NCBI GenBank assembly: GCA_964631815.1
Contig: CAZWAO010000002.1
Location: forward strand, 1 to 43,527
Length of the DNA: 43,527 bases
Direction: 5' to 3'
Source: an uncultured Ignavibacteria bacterium
GTDB taxonomy: Bacteria; Zixibacteria; MSB-5A5; SM1-73
This document shows positions 38,544-43,527 of this stretch, piece after piece; the first letter of the stretch is position 1, and each line of letters starts with the position of its first letter. Under the pieces are notes generated by a model. That model had not been told where the DNA came from and ran no database searches. It saw nothing but the letters and a program-made list of their open reading frames with translations. The position numbers and the translations under genes were made by a program.

Positions 38544-38571
38544 TTGACTTTTCGTGGATGGCACGTATATT
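38544..38571 (+). promoter_or_regulatory. candidate sigma-70 promoter for the polyprenyl synthase gene
   Basis: TTGACT at 38544-38549, a 16-nt spacer, then TATATT at 38566-38571. A T-rich tract precedes it. Confidence 0.38.
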
Positions 38572-38588
38572 GGAGAACTTGAGTCGAC

Positions 38589-39623
38589 ATGCTATTCGAC
38601 CTTAAAACACAAGAGGTTAGCTTGTCCCCTGATTTGGACGTGAACTCCATTCTTCTGCCGGTCAGAAAAGATCTGACTGAATTCGAACGGATGCTGAAGG
38701 AGAATCTGGAATCCGACTCCGGTCTCATCTCGCGCGTGGCCGGGCATCTGGCGAATCGCAAGGGCAAGAGGTTAAGACCGGCGACGGTCTTCCTTTCCTA
38801 TCGCTTGTGCAGGGATTCCGAGGACCAGATCGAACTTGATCCCAGGATTATGAACGTGGCCCTGGCCATAGAGTGCATACATACCGCCACCCTGCTGCAC
38901 GATGATGTGGTGGATCAGTCCAAGGTGAGAAGGGGGCAGATGTCGGTCAATCACAAGTGGAGCAATCTGATCTCGGTGCTGATGGGGGACTTCCTGCTGG
39001 CCAAGTCCCTGCGGCTGATTGTGCAGACCAAATCCCCTTCGCTCCTTTCCACCATATCCCACGCCACTGAGAACTTGAGCATCGGGGAGATGAACGAGGT
39101 GCAGGAAAGCGACAATTTCGGGCTAGATGAGGCCACCTACTTGCGGATTATCTCCGAGAAAACCGCCTCGCTTTTCACCGCCTCGTGCGAATCCGGAGCA
39201 AAGGCCGCAGGAGCCGGCCGCCGGTTGCGATCCAGGTTGAAAGCTTACGGAGAGAATCTGGGCATGGCTTTTCAGATAACCGACGACCTGCTGGATTGGG
39301 TGGGGGAAAGCAAAAAGACCGGTAAGGCGTTGGGAAACGATCTGAGGGAAGGTAAGATCACCCTGCCGTTGATACACACCCTCAGAGAGTGTGAGCCAGC
39401 CTCCCGGAAAAAGATCTTGCGGCTTCTGGAGAACGACTTCAATACGCACGACTTCCGAAAGATCCTGTCCATGATAAAGGGAAACGGAGGAGTGGAATAT
39501 GCCCGTGGGAAGGCCAAGCACTTCGGCCAGATGGCGCTGGCTTGTCTTTCCGGCATAAGAGACTGCAAATACAAGAAATCCCTTGCGGATTTGGTTCACT
39601 TCGTGATCCGGAGAGAGAAATAG
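38589..39623 (+). CDS. long-chain trans-polyprenyl diphosphate synthase (IspB/HepT-like)
   Basis: The first Asp-rich motif is LLHDDVVDQSKVRRG and the second is FQITDDLLDW. A conserved GKxxGxDLxEGKxTLP block is also present. Confidence 0.85.
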   Translation: MLFDLKTQEVSLSPDLDVNSILLPVRKDLTEFERMLKENLESDSGLISRVAGHLANRKGKRLRPATVFLSYRLCRDSEDQIELDPRIMNVALAIECIHTATLLHDDVVDQSKVRRGQMSVNHKWSNLISVLMGDFLLAKSLRLIVQTKSPSLLSTISHATENLSIGEMNEVQESDNFGLDEATYLRIISEKTASLFTASCESGAKAAGAGRRLRSRLKAYGENLGMAFQITDDLLDWVGESKKTGKALGNDLREGKITLPLIHTLRECEPASRKKILRLLENDFNTHDFRKILSMIKGNGGVEYARGKAKHFGQMALACLSGIRDCKYKKSLADLVHFVIRREK

Positions 39624-39786
39624 GATTCCCTCTCTTCACCTTCCACTACATCGAATCCACCAGGCCAAGCTTCAACAGGTTCGACTTCATAACCTGGTTC
39701 ATCGCTGAAAGCTCCCTGTCATTGTTAAAACGGCGCGTCCACTTCTGCGTATGTTTGTATAAGTGTTTGAATAGGAGTGGAATGTT

Positions 39787-41976
39787 TTGTCCGACATAGG
39801 CAAATTGACTCTTAGTCTTCAACTGGGCCATCTGGGGCTGGTGATAGTTATCTTCCTTTTGGCCGTGGCTCTGGCCGTCTTCACCTATCGGCGCACCTTT
39901 CCTCCCCTGCCGAGAAAGAAAAAGGCGCTGCTTCTGACTTTAAGGATACTGGCCCTGTTTTCGCTGTTTCTGGTACTCTCCGAACCCATACTGGGCATTG
40001 CCAAACGCTACGTCCACCGGCCAATCGTGGCTTTGCTTCTGGATGGCTCCAAGAGCATGAACCTGAAAGGGCGCGACGCCACCAGGCTGGAGGAGCTTAC
40101 GGATTTGGCAGCCAGCCGCACGTTCGATGATATCTCATCGCGGGCCAGCCTGGAGGCCTTCGCCTTCGCCGATTCTCTTACTTCCCTGGACTCCAGGGAA
40201 AAGCTCCCCGATTCCCTGGGAGATGCCACCTCTATGGGAGAAGCCATCAACTCGGTTGTGCAGAAATTCAAGGACGAGAATTTAGCAGCCATCGTCATCG
40301 CCAGCGACGGGGCCAATAATCTGGGAGAGGATCCGGTGCTGGCGGCCCGGTCCGCGGGCGTTCCCGTTTATTCCTGCGGCGTAGGCGACTATCTACCGCC
40401 CCGGGACCTTTCCGTGGAAAAGATAAACTACCCCGACGTGGGCTACGTCGGAGACCAGATAGCCATCCAGGTGGATGTTTCCCAGACCGGATTCGACCAA
40501 ATCAAAGTTCCCGTCTCCATCCGGGAAAAGAAAACCACCTTGTCCGAACAGAATCTGATGTTGGGCAAATCCGGCGGCACCCAGACTGTGGAACTGGCCA
40601 TTACTCCGGAGGAAGCGGGTTTGCATCAGTATCAGCTTAGCCTTCCGGTCATGGAGGGCGAGTCGGTTAAGGAAAACAACCAGCGAACCTTCGCCATCAA
40701 GGTGCTCAAAAGCAAAATCAACCTGCTCTTGGTCTCGGGAAGCTTGAATTGGGAATACACTTTCCTGAAGCGGGACCTGGAGAAGGATCAGAACGTGAAG
40801 TTGGAGACCGTGGTCTATGGAGGCGAACAACAGCCCCTAGCGGGAAGATTTCCTCAAGGGACAACTGGTCACGAATCTTTCGACATTCTCCTGTTTGTCG
40901 ATCCCCCCAGATTTATCCTGCGCGACCATGCAAGCGAGATCAATGATTTTCTAACCACCCAGGGCGGCTCGGTCCTGTTCCTGTTGGGCAAGGAGTTCAT
41001 GGACAGCCAGGGCTTCCTGGAGATTTCGTCCATTCTACCCTTCGATCCCGCAGGCGCCGGCATCACCTTCTCCCCGGCCAGCGTGAACCTGGAGTTGACC
41101 GAGGAAGGGAAGCTGCATCCGGTGACCCGGCTGGCCGACAACCTGGAGGATAACGCCAAGATATGGTCCGACCTTCCCCCATTTCTGGGCGTGGTTACCC
41201 TGGGAGCAGCCACCAAAGATGCCACCACCCTGGCGCAGTTTACGAATCCTTTGCGCTCAACTTATCCGGCCCCCGCCATTGCGGTGAGAAATCAGGGAAA
41301 AGGCAAGGTGCTGGCCATAACGGTGACGCCTTTCTGGCGGTGGGATTTTCTGCTGTGGGGAATAGGAGAGAACGACTTAACCTACCGTAAGTTCTGGAAC
41401 AACTGCGTGAGATGGCTGGCGGTCAGGGAGGACATGGATTTGGTCAACGTCTACCCGGATAAGAGAATCTACATGGGCGGGGAAGGCATCCAGTTTGCGG
41501 CCAAGATATTCGACCAGAATTACCAGAAGCTAAGTGACGCCTCGGTGGTGGTGACCATCAAAGGCCCGGCCCTGCCCGACTCCCAGTTGGTGAGCCTCAG
41601 CTTAAACCAGGCTGGAGACTACCAAGCCATGCTGGGAGCGCTTCCTCCGGGTGACTACTCTTATGAAGGGCAGGTTTTTAGAGACGGAGAGAAAATCGGC
41701 AGCAAGAAGGGGGAATTCTTAGTGGAGCAATACAGCATGGAGGACTCCGATCTGAAGACCGACTTCGATCTTCTCAAGAGAATGGCCGAGGTCTCCGGCG
41801 GGAAGTATTATCAGAAGGAAGACATCGGAAACTTGAGCCGGGATCTGAACGTCTCGCAGAAGGAAGAGGTGCGACAAAGGGAAATCCGGCTCTGGAACAG
41901 CCCGCTGCTTTTGGCCATATTCGTCCTCTGCCTTTCCATCGAGTGGGCCATAAGAAAGAGATCACAGCTTCTTTAG
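39787..41976 (+). CDS. membrane protein with BatA-like N-terminal double-TM segment, VWA domain and C-terminal TM anchor
   Basis: The start is TTG, with AGGAG at 39773-39777. Two N-terminal TM helices flank the basic loop RRTFPPLPRKKK. The MIDAS-type DxSxS motif is LLDGSKSM, followed by IASDGANN. The last ~25 aa are hydrophobic (LLLAIFVLCLSIEWAI). Confidence 0.6.
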   Translation: MSDIGKLTLSLQLGHLGLVIVIFLLAVALAVFTYRRTFPPLPRKKKALLLTLRILALFSLFLVLSEPILGIAKRYVHRPIVALLLDGSKSMNLKGRDATRLEELTDLAASRTFDDISSRASLEAFAFADSLTSLDSREKLPDSLGDATSMGEAINSVVQKFKDENLAAIVIASDGANNLGEDPVLAARSAGVPVYSCGVGDYLPPRDLSVEKINYPDVGYVGDQIAIQVDVSQTGFDQIKVPVSIREKKTTLSEQNLMLGKSGGTQTVELAITPEEAGLHQYQLSLPVMEGESVKENNQRTFAIKVLKSKINLLLVSGSLNWEYTFLKRDLEKDQNVKLETVVYGGEQQPLAGRFPQGTTGHESFDILLFVDPPRFILRDHASEINDFLTTQGGSVLFLLGKEFMDSQGFLEISSILPFDPAGAGITFSPASVNLELTEEGKLHPVTRLADNLEDNAKIWSDLPPFLGVVTLGAATKDATTLAQFTNPLRSTYPAPAIAVRNQGKGKVLAITVTPFWRWDFLLWGIGENDLTYRKFWNNCVRWLAVREDMDLVNVYPDKRIYMGGEGIQFAAKIFDQNYQKLSDASVVVTIKGPALPDSQLVSLSLNQAGDYQAMLGALPPGDYSYEGQVFRDGEKIGSKKGEFLVEQYSMEDSDLKTDFDLLKRMAEVSGGKYYQKEDIGNLSRDLNVSQKEEVRQREIRLWNSPLLLAIFVLCLSIEWAIRKRSQLL

Positions 41977-42010
41977 ATATGTCGACGTCGGCGTGGTAAC
42001 GGCTCTGGGC

Positions 42011-43527
<1,517 letters not shown>

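Overview
This 43.5 kb window is densely coding, with 25 CDS (the last, enolase, runs off the 3' edge) and one tRNA-Leu(CAA). I found no CRISPR array, IS element, integrase or phage gene.

Taxonomy: there are two very large secreted proteases with C-terminal type-IX-secretion (T9SS) sorting domains, a PorV/PorQ-like barrel, and FN3, FG-GAP and LRR surface proteins. Promoters look like canonical TTGACA/TATAAT. Together this suggests an uncultured member of the FCB superphylum outside classical Bacteroidia; that is inference only.

Housekeeping genes (dusB, a polyprenyl synthase, eno, tRNA-Leu) sit at the right end. The left end carries envelope genes (an OmpA-like protein and an LpoB-like lipoprotein) and a tandem methyltransferase duplication.

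Most interesting locus, 9903-16850:
- A 1674-aa single polypeptide combines a Hanks Ser/Thr kinase, a STAND P-loop NTPase, TPR repeats, a GAF domain, a sigma-54 AAA+ activator with a degenerate GAFTGA loop, and a Fis-type HTH.
- Its stop codon is followed immediately by three copies of a 16-bp near-palindrome (TCGTCA-N4-TGACGA) and a good sigma-54 -24/-12 promoter.
- That promoter drives a tightly coupled three-gene operon: a small signal-peptide-bearing peptide, a catalytically degenerate HTH-less sigma-54-type AAA+ paralogue, and a short HTH-WYL regulator.

Other notable points:
- A second, very good sigma-54 promoter precedes the 2355-aa S8 protease and PorV operon.
- An unassigned module of about 250 aa is shared by the M28 and S8 proteases, between their FN3 arrays and T9SS tails.
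- An SPFH protein with three zinc ribbons is translationally coupled to a 471-aa zinc-ribbon repeat protein.
- There is an FHA / metallophosphoesterase / CHASE2-kinase operon.
- Two long non-coding gaps are unexplained.

All domain calls come from motif recognition by eye; no database search was run.
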